56,987 nt of DNA, filler included, from Squatina squatina (GCA_031763465.1; 3 parts of 3 records of this genome joined end to end with filler, not necessarily neighbours in it), one strand, 5' to 3'. Positions 12,801-27,090 are shown, numbered from the whole stretch's first letter. Notes: generated by a model not told the origin, from the letters alone. Translations and numbers: made by a program.

Positions 12801-15800
12801 CCCACAAACCCAGCAGTTGTGTCGGGATTGTGCTCTCTGGTCCCCTCCAGCATTGACTCCGCCAGAGTATTTTGGCGTCAGGGAGATGGCATCTATTTAA
12901 CGTGGGATTGATGGGCACCACTGCAGGCACATCTCAGGCTGCTAGGTAGTCAAGCCTCAGGCTGTTCCGACTGGGAGGTGCTGTTAACCACCTTCCGGAA
13001 ACCATCCAAATGTTGGTTACTCACAAAAATGAATTTGTAACACATTTGCCTTGTCACACTGTGAAACTTGAATTCTGTGTATTGAACTTAGAGTCCATCC
13101 TGAATAATACTGTTCCTCTATATATTGCAGTGGTGCTGGGAACGGTTAGGGTCAGTCTGCCCACTGCCAATGCTCAGGAGAGATCAGATTTCTCAAGTGA
13201 TGCCCGCAAAGAAAGAAGTATTTTGCGTAATATTGTGATAAACAGCCATTTTATTTATTTAAATTATATATGCACAACATATATGTGTTAATATTTACAG
13301 TGAATTTTTTGATGGTTATATTATAGGGGGTAGAATGTCCCCACGATGCAGATANNNNNNNNNNNNNNNNNNNNNNNNNNNNNNNNNNNNNNNNNNNNNN
13401 NNNNNNNNNNNNNNNNNNNNNNNNNNNNNNNNNNNNNNNNNNNNNNNNNNNNNNNNNNNNNNNNNNNNNNNNNNNNNNNNNNNNNNNNNNNNNNNNNNNN
13501 NNNNNNNNNNNNNNNNNNNNNNNNNNNNNNNNNNNNNNNNNNNNNNNNNNNNNNNNNNNNNNNNNNNNNNNNNNNNNNNNNNNNNNNNNNNNNNNNNNNN
13601 NNNNNNNNNNNNNNNNNNNNNNNNNNNNNNNNNNNNNNNNNNNNNNNNNNNNNNNNNNNNNNNNNNNNNNNNNNNNNNNNNNNNNNNNNNNNNNNNNNNN
13701 NNNNNNNNNNNNNNNNNNNNNNNNNNNNNNNNNNNNNNNNNNNNNNNNNNNNNNNTTGCTGAAAGCTAAAATTATCCCCATTAAGTGGTCATTCGATAAT
13801 ATCACCAGCGGTAATTTCTACCCTAATAATGGTTGAACCCGATCAGACCAGACTTTATTATTATGTAACTAATTCCAGGATATGGGAGATTGATTGTTAG
13901 CAGTTACCTGAGGAATTTATCAAAGGCTGCTGATAAATTTTCAGAAATTTGCACACCAAAAACAAATAGAATGAGAATTTGTAGACCAAATGGTTAGATT
14001 TCACACTAAAAATAATCATAAGAAAATTCCAACTATAAAGAAGAACTTCAGTTTTGTGTATGCCTGTGTCATGCGTTCAAAAGCAATGATTAATGTTTTT
14101 TTCTTTATTTCGAGATGAGTAGGAACGGGTTCACTAAATGATTTATATGAATTGTCCCGATAAAGTAAACTGCGACTTTAATCTTTGTATTTTTTTCCAC
14201 TTATTATTCAACTATCCAACTCGCACAATCCGGTCAATATTAAGTGAGCGATTGTATTTATTAATGTAAGCCTTCATGTTATGAGCTTTACTGAGATGAA
14301 AAAAAATCAATAGAAATGATTTCCATCTGCATACATTAGCCTCAGCTGACATTTTTCTTTAATACTTTTTGAAATTCTATTTAAGTACCAGCCAATGGTG
14401 CTACCACATATACATCCTTTGGCATTAATACATTTTTAAGATCAAACTTTATGTGGTGAAAGTCACTGAATAGCACTGAAACATAAATGTTGATTAAAAT
14501 TATTCATCAGCTAAAAATAAAGGCATAATTATATATACTTAATTAAAAAGTAATGAAAATAAATTTCTAGCTCAATGTAAGTGATTTGAAATGTTATTTT
14601 TAAAACAGAAGCAATCTTATATTGGATCCAGTTTTCAGTTTTAATACTGCTCCCATGTTTGTTGATTTAAGTCCCCTCTTCGGTTTCCCTGGGCCATATT
14701 TCATTCTCTGCGAAAATAAACAGACAGGTGACACACTCCCAAGTTCGGTCAATGCCAGTCTAGAGCTAGCTAGCAGAACATGAATCATTCTCTGATTTTC
14801 TCTTCATCTATGTGAGAAAATACATAAGAACAAGTACAAGAATACATATAAGAAATTACAATAATATAATAGTGATTTTTTTTTTTTAATCAACGCATCA
14901 AACTGCTCCTTCCCTAGACCATCTACAAGTTACCTTGTTGTGAACTCTATCTACACCACCTCATTAATCATCTTAGTGAAAGTTCTCCCTGACTCCTGGA
15001 GATAATCAAGTAAAACATGACAATGTCTATCTTTACTTCTAACTCTCTTATTCACAGCCATTTTCCACAGGTGAATTTTCTGTGGCTCAAGTAGCAGCAG
15101 AATCATTGTATTCCATGTTCATCTCAATTTGATGGCATAAGGTGAAAGTAGTGTTTATGAAATCACAGGGACAAATTTGTGCCCCATGGGATCGTACATT
15201 TGGTTATATTCACCGGGAATTTCCTTGTAAGTTCTCCTGATCGGTTGCTGTAACTTCGGCAAAAATGTAGCTGAGTTTGCGATGAAGTTACAACGACCTA
15301 TTGGAAAAACTCCTGGGGAAATTCCCAATGATTGTTTGCAGTAAAATCTCTCTCTGATGCAGATAGGAAGGTAATAATACAGGTCAGTTATTTGTTTCAA
15401 TATCCCAATCATATTTAGAACTTTTTTCTTAGGATTCAGTAATCATTAATAAGATATACAGAAATGTTATCATGTTAAAATATCTCAAAGCGCTTCACAT
15501 AATTCATTATTTTTGGAATTCAGAGCTATGTAGGCAAAACAAATCGAAGAATTGTTGAACCCAATCAGACCAATTTTCTTTTTATTTAGCTGATTCCACA
15601 GAGTGGATCTGTGCACTTACTTGTATATGACAGGGGGAATTTTCCTGGGTCTGTANNNNNNNNNNNNNNNNNNNNNNNNNNNNNNNNNNNNNNNNNNNNN
15701 NNNNNNNNNNNNNNNNNNNNNNNNNNNNNNNNNNNNNNNNNNNNNNNNNNNNNNNTTTCCTTTAAATTTATCAAAATACTATCACTGCCAGTGCAGACTA

Positions 15801-18800
15801 GGTATACTGACTGTTTGTGTGTGCTTCACAAACATTTCATGTCAATTTGACTATTATTACCTTGTTCTATTTCTCTGAACTACATTTAATTGTTGGAAGT
15901 ATAATGTTAATGGACTCCCCTTACAAAATAAAATTGCAGGCTGCTGATGCTTTCCATGCCTTTTTTAGTACAAAAGACATTGGCAGCATCATTTCTATTT
16001 TTACATATTCAAATTGTAGGTCCACAAAGCTCTCCAGCCATCTTCACACTGAGGGGGAGGACTGGTAGGGCAGCTGCTAGGTAGTTCGGTTTCAAGTGGA
16101 TTGTGAACCTGCAATCTTTTTTAGTATGAAGAGTTTTCATTATGTTTTGGTTTGTTTTATTTGTTTTCTTTCCATTTTCATAGATTGGTTTTCTTCTTTC
16201 CTCCTGTGCATAGGTCTCCACAGGCCACATATTGTTCCCCAGTCAAGTGGGCAAGCAGATGGCTTGTTCCTGGGGAGAAGCAGAGGAATGGTACCTGACC
16301 GTTGACTTTTCCTTCCTCCCGGGAGGAGATTTCTGGCCTGGATTCACTGCCAGCCCTTGAAGGAGTGCTGAGATATTTACCGTCAAGAATCCATAGCCGG
16401 GAATTTCCTCCGCGTTGCTCCTGCTCTGCCGCTGTGATTTTGCCGGATGTGTAGCAGAAAGCCTATTTATGCATGTAGACCGGGTTTCTACTGCACTTCC
16501 AGCAAAGTCACGGCCACGGAGCAGGAGCAGCTCTGAGGAAATTCCTGGCCTATGTCTTAATTCATGGCACAATAGGAACCAATACTCCATATTGTCTCTA
16601 TGCCCTTTGTTTACCTCTTTTTGTAATCTGGTATTAAAATAGTGCAAAAAATATTTCAAAGTTCAGCATTTNNNNNNNNNNNNNNNNNNNNNNNNNNNNN
16701 NNNNNNNNNNNNNNNNNNNNNNNNNNNNNNNNNNNNNNNNNNNNNNNNNNNNNNNNNNNNNNNNNNNNNNNTGTGTTTAGAGGGTGTGCAGACACGAATT
16801 TTGAGATGATTATTCCTGGTTTCCGTATGTGAAGACTCTCATGGGAACTAATAGCATTTAATACAAAAGGTCTCTGTTGATGATGCATTGTTGCTTTGGT
16901 TGACATGTTCAGCTGCAACGTTTGGAGTGAATTTGCTTAGGCTTCTCCCATTCCAGCACTGTAACTTTGGTGGAAACCCTGTTTCCATGTGTAACCGCTT
17001 CCACCAATCTTTCACCAAATTTACAGCAGTGGAGCTGCGAGGCCTGAGTAAATTCACCCATTTGTGTTAGATAATGAGATATTTCATATTTCTGTAAGTC
17101 ATCTTCCACAAGACTTGCTGGAAAATGATTATTTCATCTATGGGAATCATGTTTCAATCAATTTAAGGGCCACATCAGAAATTCGCAATATGACTTGTGG
17201 CTATCAATCGTTTTGGCCTTTATTTATTTATATAAATCTATTTTACATCAATTTAAAAGCTCTTTAAATGAGATTTTCAACATGAATTTTGAACAGTTCT
17301 GGAAAATAAAAATCATGGATTAAAATTTGAAAAATAAAGTATATTAGTTATTAATTTAAATATTCCTTTTTCTAGTTGTTTAGAAATGGTTTAGGATTAT
17401 AGTCACCTACATTTACTGCCTGCATCCCGGACCGTAGGACTTAGAGAGCCATATAAGGCTGTACTTGGCCAATAAAGCATGAAAAAATTCAGACATGGTG
17501 CATACTGCCGTATATAACAATTTCAGTTTTTCCCAGAGGCTTTTGCTTGAAGACTGAGAACATAACCCGTCAAATCTAATCCGCCAATCAAAATTTGTCA
17601 GACCAACCATTCTGAGCTGCATTCCCCACACTTTGAACTTTTCAAAAGTCCCATCACTATGGTTACCATCAAAAGTTGAGTTATTTCCAGGAATAGCCAG
17701 GCACCTTGACCGAAAAGCAATTATGGCCTCATTATTTCCCCATTAGCAATTGTAAAGATTCTCTCTTATCTTCCCACTGCCCACAATCAAGTACCATTAA
17801 ATACACTGAGTAAAATATATTTAACACCTCCATTTCTGATACTACCTCTAAGCCCAGTTACAGCACTTCATATTTTTACACAGCAGATCTTTCCAAATGT
17901 CTTTTATTTTAACAAATAGCAACACTTTTTCACACAAAGGGTAGTGGAAATCTGAATTCACTCCCNNNNNNNNNNNNNNNNNNNNNNNNNNNNNNNNNNN
18001 NNNNNNNNNNNNNNNNNNNNNNNNNNNNNNNNNNNNNNNNNNNNNNNNNNNNNNNNNNNNNNNNNATGTAATCCTATTTGAATGCAGCTAAAAGCGTAGC
18101 GATATCTTCAACATAAAATAATTGTTCTTTTGATTATATCAAAGCACAGTGAGTGCATTTTTAAGAATAAGTCAGATGTTTTGGTAAACTGTTTTGTGTA
18201 CTATTTATTGTCAGGGCTTCACCTTTGCAATACACTTGCACTTCTTACTGAACCTAAATTAGTGTTGGTTGCTTTTATGAGATTTACTTGTAATTGAAGT
18301 CATTTGTAAAACACATAAGAGTAAAATTGCTTTAAAACTAAAGCTACCTTTATTTGCTAGCTGGCAGATACCTCATTATGAAAATTGCTGGTAGAACAGT
18401 GTATGCCATAGAAGAAAGCTTGTACATCAGCTAATTCTCATCTTTCATGATTAGACTGCTAACACATTCTGTTTTTTTTTGTTATATAGACATCATGTAT
18501 TAAATGGGTGATTGGACAAAATGATAGGAAGACTTATTTCCTGAATTTAACCTGGGCATGTTTAAGGTTTTCTGGTGATGTGTCTGTGGTCCACAGCGAG
18601 AGAAAAGGTCCTGGTTTTTAGCTACTCTCTAGATTTGTGGTTCTGAATTCTTAATGTTACTATAGACACAAATTACAGGGCACAGCACTAATGTCTTGCA
18701 AGTGCAGACCACAAAGCTTCTTCCCCACCCTTTCTCTCTATTTGGCACATTGCCCCTCCATAATTTTTGTCACATAAATGTTCTTAAGTGGGGGGTATGA

Positions 18801-20362
18801 AATCACCTCTGCGCCAGGATTGAAAAAATGGACTATAATGAAAGTAGCAAGCTCTTCAGTGGCATGTATTGCTATGGAAACAAATCGAAAAAGATTGTAT
18901 AGGGATAAATTGCGCTGTTAATGTTACAGTGCCCCGCAGTGTTTTTTGGTATTTTTATAAAGCTTAAGATTGAAGGCTTTCACGTCCAAACTTATTCTTT
19001 TGCCTCTCCAAGTAGGAACTCTTGGTTTCCCACTGGAAGAAAATGGTGATAAATGCTCAGAGGGTCACATGAATGGCTCTGGTGTGTGACAGTGTAGTTA
19101 TATGGGGTAAGTAGCAACTTTTCATTGGTTGAATGACATCAAAACTTCCCATGTGACCATGTAAACTGGCATTTGGGAGGAGATCTAGATTATAGATAGA
19201 GGTGCTATAGACTGCTGGTGCATGCTGCAGAAACATAGAGAAAAATTTGACGGTCTTCATCATAAAGCACTTTCAATGTTGAAACTCAGTAGTTAAGCAC
19301 CTTTCTTGGCAGTTGGTGTGCTTTTACTTTGTGGTATTGGGTTCATTGGTGAAAAATCAATAGACATAATTCAATAACATTTTCAAATACTTTTTAAGCA
19401 GTAAGTTAGATGAGGAATCATTGATTTGGCTGAGACTGTACACTGTCACTAACAATAACAGTGAGAACAGGTGGGAGCAGCACTGCCTTTAGATGCACAA
19501 TGGGCAACTGAGATAGGCTTTTGTGCACATTGTGTAGGAGCAAGGACCTGGAGAGAGACACAAGCCAGGTAGGGGTGTGAAAATTAGCATAAGAGTTGGG
19601 CAGCTTCCTCTAGTATTCCAGATATGTGCCAATACTAGCTACTGCCAAACCGTGTAGAGTAATTCAATAACAAATCTATTCCAAAATGACAGGGTTTGCA
19701 AACAGATTTCCGAATTTTAAAACTGAATTTATTGTGCCCTACACAACATAGTGGTTACTTTGAAGTATAATAAAACTAATCAACATTAGAAATTCACAGA
19801 ACATCATTTTGCTGATTGGAAAACAAATGTTGTAGTTTGAAGGCTGCATGTGACATTTGGCATTGAATGGGTTAACCTGTTTACAGATTTCTGTAATTCA
19901 GAGATCACTCATACAATTTTTGCTAATTCTGAATGTCAATAAAAGTATATGTTGTTCAGAAAAAAATATCTATTTTGAGGAACTATTTTCCCAAATCCCT
20001 TTATGCAGCCATTCTACAGGTTGTCAATTGGATCCTAAATTGCATTTACCTTAGATCTTTCTTCATTCTCTTTTTGTATTAGATTCAATGCTCAGGTTAA
20101 TACTGAAGGTTGTATTTGTTATCCCTAGTCATTGTCTTAAATCAGCCACATTTAATTTCAGTGCTATCAAAAATCAATCTTCATTGTATTAATCCCTAAC
20201 TTTGAAAAGTAATGCAGGATTTAACCAAAATATTACAATTTTCAATTTATTCAAACAAAATATATAAGAAATAATTATCATAACTGTCTTATACTTAAAT
20301 CTTATCCTACTTTATGTTAAGCTTTTAAATCTCATAATATCATTATTAATGGTATTACGTGG

Positions 20363-20462
20363 NNNNNNNNNNNNNNNNNNNNNNNNNNNNNNNNNNNNNN
20401 NNNNNNTTAATTAATTAANNNNNNNNNNNNNNNNNNNNNNNNNNNNNNNNNNNNNNNNNNNN
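20363..20462. other. Synthetic scaffold linker
   Basis: Exactly 44 N + TTAATTAATTAA (stops in all six frames) + 44 N. Confidence 0.95.
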
Positions 20463-20507
20463 CGAATGGTAGTTACTTCTGACCAAAGACTATTTAAGAA
20501 CCACAAG

Positions 20508-20910
20508 TCATAGAATCATAGAATGATGCAAAACAGGAGGCCATTTGGCCCATCGTGCCTGTGCCGGCTCTTTTGAAAGACCTATCCAATTAATCCCACT
20601 CCCCCTGCTCTTTTCCCCACTGCCCTGCAAATTTTTCCCCTTCAAGTATTTATCCAATTCCCTTTTGAAAGTTACTATTAAACTTGTTTCCAGCACTCTA
20701 TCAGGCAGCGCATTCCAGATCATAACTCACAGTGTAAAGAAATTTCTCCTCATCTTGCCTCTCTGGTTCTTTTGCTAATTACCATGAATCTGTGTCCTCT
20801 AGTTATTGACTCTCTTGCTACTGGAAACAATTTCTTCTCATTTACTCTTATCAAAACCTTGCATAATTTTGAACACTCTATTAAATCTCCCCTTAACCTT
20901 CTCTGCACTA
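20508..20910 (-). mobile_element. CR1 LINE 3' end
   Basis: WNALPDRVLE...FKRELDKYL motif followed by (ATTCTATG)n-type tail at 20508-20525. Confidence 0.85.
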
Positions 20911-20994
20911 AGTGTTCTAATTTGTAATCTTTTGATACCCTTCTTGGGATACCCTCCAGTTTAAGAGTGNNNNNNNNNNTGCTTGTGCAGAATT

Positions 20995-21310
20995 ACATAG
21001 ACTTTACAGCATAACAACAGGCCATTGGGCCCAGCGTGTCTATTCCGGTGTTTTTGCTCCACATAAGCCTCCTCCCACCCCTCTTCTCACCCTCTCAACA
21101 TATCCTTCTATCCCTTGCTCCCTTATATACTTATCTAGCTTAAATGCATTTATGCTAATCGCCTCAATTACTCGATGCGATAGTGAGTTCCACACTTGCA
21201 CCACTCTCTGAGTAAAGAAGTTTCTCGTGAATTNNNNNNNNNNTATTGGATTTATTAGTGATCATCTTATATTTATGACCCCTAGTTTTGGACTCCCTCA
21301 CAAGTGGAAG
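20995..21310 (-). mobile_element. CR1 LINE 3' end (degraded)
   Basis: CATAGA...GGCCATTGGGCCC tail and GAGTTCCACACTTGCACCACTCTCTGAGTAAAGAAG (minus strand: FFTQRVV..WNS). Confidence 0.7.
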
Positions 21311-23854
21311 TTACTGAGGCGACTATTTAGAAAATGGAACTTTATTCTTGCTTTTCAGTTGTTTCTCCTCCTAACTGTTGCCAATGTGAGTTTCCTCTGC
21401 AGGCCATTGTAACTCAGCGCTATACTTGCGGATTGTGTGAAGGCAGGTGGGCGAGGGAAGAGAACAGATGAGATCCCAGTTTCTAGTTTTGCTTTCCTTT
21501 TTCGTCAGCATACATCCGTGGAGGGAAGGGGTGGAGAGAAATGTGATGTAAAAGTGTTCACCATTGGCTGTCGATGGGTATAAATTACAAAGAGCTTTGG
21601 CAAAAAACTGATTGGTAAAACACTTGAGGTGGTGTTAAATTGTTTGGCTGGTCCTGAAACCGTGTTGGCATTAATTGCTAATAATTTCTAGGATGTAGAC
21701 GTTGGCACATGGCCAATGTAATTTGCTGCCATGTCACAGTTAGCATAGTGTTACATTCTCTTTCTAGCCTGGATTTTGAACAGTGTGGAGCTGTTGTGAA
21801 ACATCTTTAAATGAGACTTGTTGACTTTGTTTTTTGTTAGTGCTTTGCCAGGTATTGCTGGTTCTGTTCACAGTAAAACCACTTGTTCATTGATTTGGTT
21901 AACAGGCCCAAAAGAAAACAAGGTCATAAATTCAAGGATCAGTGGTGCTGTATGTAGCTGAGCATGAATGACCTGGAACATGTTGCATGCCATGCAGCTG
22001 AGACTGCATGACATCAGCAAGCCNNNNNNNNNNTGGAAAGCAGCTTTCCTTATTCAGTTTTGTTAGCCAGCAGGGTGTTTGATATATTTTAGTAACCGTG
22101 TACAAATGGTCCCCTTGGCTGTCTAAATTCGGAAACCCTGGGGCAGATAAAAAGAGGCGAGGAGGGCTGGATCCACGAGCTAAGAGCCTTTACAGTACTG
22201 TTTGTGGACCAGTAGGAGCAGGAGTGTTTCCTACAGGCCCAACAAGCTTACCTCCACGTGATTGGATCCCTGCCATTGGCCGATCCCTCACCTCTGCCCC
22301 CTTGATGCTTGATTCGCCTCCCTACCCCACGATGTCCAACTCCTCCGTTAATTCCACCCCCCNNNNNNNNNNNNNNNNNNNNNNNNNNNNNNNNNNNNNN
22401 NNNNNNNNNNNNNNNNNNNNNNNNNNNNNNNNNNNNNNNNNNNNNNNNNNNNNNNNNNNNNNAGAGCCAAAGTATACGTTACCAAATATTTAATGATGTT
22501 ACATTCAGAGAGGATTCTCCTTCCTGATACTACAAATAAGATTCATATACATTTCTTTGACATCAGGTGCCTAGTTGCGTTGGGGAGTTTCCTACTCTGG
22601 AGTTCTTTTGGAATTTCAAGAATGATAAAATTCCCAGTATCTAAAAGAATCTCTTTTAAATAATGGATGATGCACGATTAAGGCATAGCATGGAAATCCA
22701 ATAGTTCTGTGGAATGCATTCCTTGGCATGGTCCAAGTGTACTTTGAACCAACCCCACTGTTGGTGGTAGATGAAAATGTGTACCAGTACTGCTCAGTTA
22801 AGTGATTTTTTTTTTGCACTCAAATGAATGGAATGATTGGTTGAAATGGAAAACCATCTCAAATACTGTACTGTCATTTTTATATGATCTGGATTTTTTG
22901 GGGGGAACGAGGTGGAAACGGTTTCTTAAATGGTTAGTTTGGTAATCTATCAAATGATGGTTGCAATTTGCTTGGGGGATTTTTACTTAAGGTAAAGCTG
23001 CCCCAATTATTAATGCTTTTGAAATGTTGGGTTTCTGTAAATGCAAACTGTACATGTGTGTTATTGGACCATTACTGCAATTTATAATGTGTAATGGCAA
23101 TAAATAACTCTGCATTTTCATTAAATGATGCACCAGGAATAGAAATATTGACCTGTATTTCTTTTCCAAATCTTTAATATTTAGTTAATTGTTTTGTATA
23201 TTTTATGGATTAGGTACAATTGATGCAAGATTTTTTTTTAACTTGGCAAGGTATTTTTCAAAAAGATGTGATTTGCAGGGCCCAGATTGTTGTTCAGAGT
23301 AGTTCCTCTAAATTATGTCAGGTTTCATATTCAGTTTAATTTCCAGGTAGTACTTTTTTTTTGTTGCAAGCTATGTAAATATTCTGCTACCTAGTGCACA
23401 AGAGTTCGAGATAGTACTGTGCAATCTGTACAACAGTGGGGTAAAATAGTAGTACTGAGAGTAATTGATGCAGAAACTATTCACCACTACAGGAGCTAAC
23501 AATTTTAATGTAATCAGGTCTTACATTAACTTTGTAGCAACACCTAGCGGCAGTATGTGTACTATTTAACTAACCTTTTACATTTGTATTAGTAAATGCT
23601 ACTGTGCTATCAGACATTTCAGTCCTGATCTATATATTGTGGTTAACACTTTCCCTTTAACTCTGAACTGAACTCCTCTTTCATTCTTGCATCCAAGTTA
23701 GCTGAATCTGATTTTGTCCTGTTACACCTTAATCCAGTTTTGTCCACTTACGGGATATCAGTGAAAAACAAAAGGGGTCCAACTGGTCCAGGCTGGGAAT
23801 GAAGGTGGAATGGGAGAGCGTAGAGTGAAAAGCTTACACTGTTTGGAGTAGGAA

Positions 23855-24004
23855 TCAGGGTCTGGAGACTGCAGGCATACCTCTTTCGAGGTGGCCGTTG
23901 CCTCCGCTCTCTCGGAGGTCTATGCATTGGCCCTGCATGTGGTGCAGCTCGATGTGGGTCCTCAGGGGGTAGTTGTGGCTGGTCAGGTTGAGGAGCTGCT
24001 GCTT
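23855..24004 (-). CDS. Unidentified coding exon fragment (5' end in gap)
   Basis: KQQLLNLTSHNYPLRTHIELHHMQGQCIDLRESGGNGHLERGMPAVSRP-TGA; the first 25 codons all end in G/C in AT-rich surroundings; possible donor G|GTATGC after 23881. Confidence 0.55.
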   Translation of the reverse strand, partial: KQQLLNLTSHNYPLRTHIELHHMQGQCIDLRESGGNGHLERGMPAVSRP

Positions 24005-24636
24005 CNNNNNNNNNNNNNNNNNNNNNNNNNNNNNNNNNNNNNNNNNNNNNNNNNNNNNNNNNNNNNNNNNNNNNNNNNNNNNNNNNNNNNNNNNNNNNNN
24101 NNNNNTTCAGTTACAATCCACTTGAGTAAATTGGCCTCAGTATTAGCTTCAGGACAATGAGGTCTAGATGAAATGTTCAACAGTACCTCAACGATGTCTG
24201 CAGAGTTTCTGTGAGTCTCTGGACAACATTACTGGTAACCGTTATATATGCAGTGGGGATTTCTTCATCAGATTTTTTGGGGGGAGTTCACGACATTGGC
24301 AAACTGTCTTACTCTTTGTAATTCTCAAGCCAGTTTTTAAGTACTGTTTCTCCAACACTCTCGTTTACCCAGTAATACAAAAATTTCAACAACATGACTC
24401 ATCTGCCGACTGCTCCGCAGTTACTTTTAGATATCGATCTGCCCATCTCTTCTCTGTTGATTGATCCAGGTTTTCCACAGATGTCGAGTTGAAATCCGCC
24501 TACAAAATTACACATTTACTGCAATACTTATTTCTCAATATAAAAAAATTACCAACAGAGCATGATTTAAAAACTTATCTGTAGTTAACGATGACAACAT
24601 TTCTGTTTTGTTATAAAGTCTGTCTTGGTAACAAAA

Positions 24637-24990
24637 TCATAGAATTCGACAACACATTCAGCCGATCGTGCCTGTACTGGCTCTTTGAAAGAGCTATCCA
24701 ATTAGTCCCACTCGCCTGGTCTTTCCCCATAGCCCTGCACATTTTTACTTTTCAAGATTATAGCCAATTCCCATTTGAAAGGCACTATTGAACCTGCTTA
24801 TCTGCTTCCTCCACCCTTGCAGGCAGTGCATTCCAGGTCACAACAACTCACTGCATATAAAAAAATTCTCCTTATTTTCCCCCCATGGACTTTTTTTTAA
24901 CCAAACATCTTAAATCTGTGTCCTCTGGTTAATGACCCTCCTGCCAGTAGAAACAGTTTCCCTTTAATTACTCAATCAAAACCCCCCATA
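24637..24990 (-). mobile_element. CR1 LINE 3' end
   Basis: Closely similar to 20508-20910 (ATCATAGAA...CGTGCCTGT...GGCTCTTTGAAAGAGCTATCCAATTA...AGGCAGTGCATTCCAG). Confidence 0.8.
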
Positions 24991-25316
24991 ATATGTCATC
25001 ATATAGGACTAAAAAAAATCATACTATTGTTCACAAACGGATTCATGAATAAAGAACTGGTATCTTTAAAATGCTACTTTATCTTGGGTGCCTAGATCTA
25101 TAGAGCATAGGACCCAAGTTTGTGAAATGGAGATCTACAGGTCGGTATAACTGTCTCTGTGCATTCTGATAGCACAGCGTGTGACCTCAAGACTCTCTGC
25201 TTCTGCTATCCATGTCAACCATGCTCAGGCTGCTAGGACAGTCAGCAAGATGCTCGCCACTCTCACGAGGATGCCAGTACGTGAAGCTATACAGAGTTAA
25301 AGGGGCTGGTCGACTA

Positions 25317-25911
<595 letters not shown>

Positions 25912-26013
25912 NNNNNNNNNNNNNNNNNNNNNNNNNNNNNNNNNNNNNNNNNNNNNNNNNNNNNNNNNNNNNNNNNNNNNNNNNNNNNNNNNNNNNNNNN
26001 NNNNNNNNNNNAC

Positions 26014-26162
26014 CTAATAGTTTGACGATGTTTGGGTGGTCAAATTCCGCCATAAGGGCTGCCTCTCGCTGGAAATCTGCTTGCATGTCAGGCGAAGCCT
26101 CTTCTTTCAGCATCTTCACGGCCACCATGGTGGAAGTCTCCTGTTGCAACAGCTGAGGGGCT
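26014..26162 (-). CDS. MUSK: MuSK penultimate kinase exon
   Basis: tcctttag|A GCC CCT CAG...: [49 protein letters not shown](G)|gt; VAVK motif; 149 bp. Confidence 0.95.
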
Positions 26163-26324
26163 CTAAAGGAAACAATGCATACCATTGTAACAAGGGACTC
26201 AGATCATTAATAAGCAGGCAGTGCTTACAGCCAGGGAGGTTATGGTCAAATCTCAATAACATTACTGACATGCGCCCTACTCCCGCTGTTTATTAAATTA
26301 ACGATGGATTCTGCACAGTTCCAG

Positions 26325-26845
26325 CTTCCATTACTACAAAAAGGACATAGAAGCACTGGGGAAGGTGCAAGTTAAAAATTTACTGTGATGATACCAGAAC
26401 TGAGAGGTTATAACTATCAGGAAAGACTGACCAGGCTGGGCCTCTTTTCTCTAGAAAAGAGAAGACTGAGGGGTGACCTGATAGAGGTCTTCAAGATTAT
26501 GAAATGGTTTGAAAGGGTAGATGTGGAGAGGATGTTTCCACTTGTGGGGAGTCCATAGCTAGGGACCATCAATATAGGAGAGTCGCAAATAAATCCAATA
26601 TGGAATTCAGGAGAAACTTATTTACTCAGAGAGTGGTGGGAATGTGGAACTCATTGTGGCAACTAGCATTGGTGCATTTAAGGAGAAGCTAGACAAGTAC
26701 ATGAGAGAGAAAAGCATAGAAGGATACATTGATAGGGTGAACTGAAGTAAGGTGAGAGGAGGTTCCTGTGGAGCACAGACACTGACACAGACCTATTGTG
26801 TCGAATGGCCTGTTTCGGTGCTAGAGACGCTATGTAATTCTATGG
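26325..26845 (+). mobile_element. CR1 LINE 3' end in a MUSK intron
   Basis: LGLFSLEKRRLRGDLIEVFKIM and FTQRVVGMWNS motifs; ends in TATGTAATTCTATG. Confidence 0.85.
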
Positions 26846-27090
26846 ACTTTTTTGATTCATTTGTATCAACTTTTTCGCACCAATTTGAATATGTTATCAC
26901 CAGAAACAAAACTGGCCATTGCTTATGCGGCAGGGGCCTTGCAAGCTTTCTTGTTGGGGAACAATCTCCGTCATTCAGGACACATATAAANNNNNNNNNN
27001 NNNNNNNNNNNNNNNNNNNNNNNNNNNNNNNNNNNNNNNNNNNNNNNNNNNNNNNNNNNNNNNNNNNNNNNNNNNNNNNNNNNNNNNNNN

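Noticed and set aside
17449-17458. Perfect CArG box CCATATAAGG with nearby CCAAT motifs
   Set aside because: A few CC(A/T)6GG sites are expected by chance in an AT-rich window of this size; no linked transcription start
20407-20418. TTAATTAATTAA island within Ns (also 33888-33899) as a biological palindrome
   Set aside because: Identical, exactly centred in 100-nt spacers: an assembly linker
21403-21446. Possible 44-bp plus-strand exon (CTAAC branch-like motif, ctctgcag acceptor, AG|GTGGGC donor)
   Set aside because: No frame gives a recognisable peptide and no partner exon can be assigned
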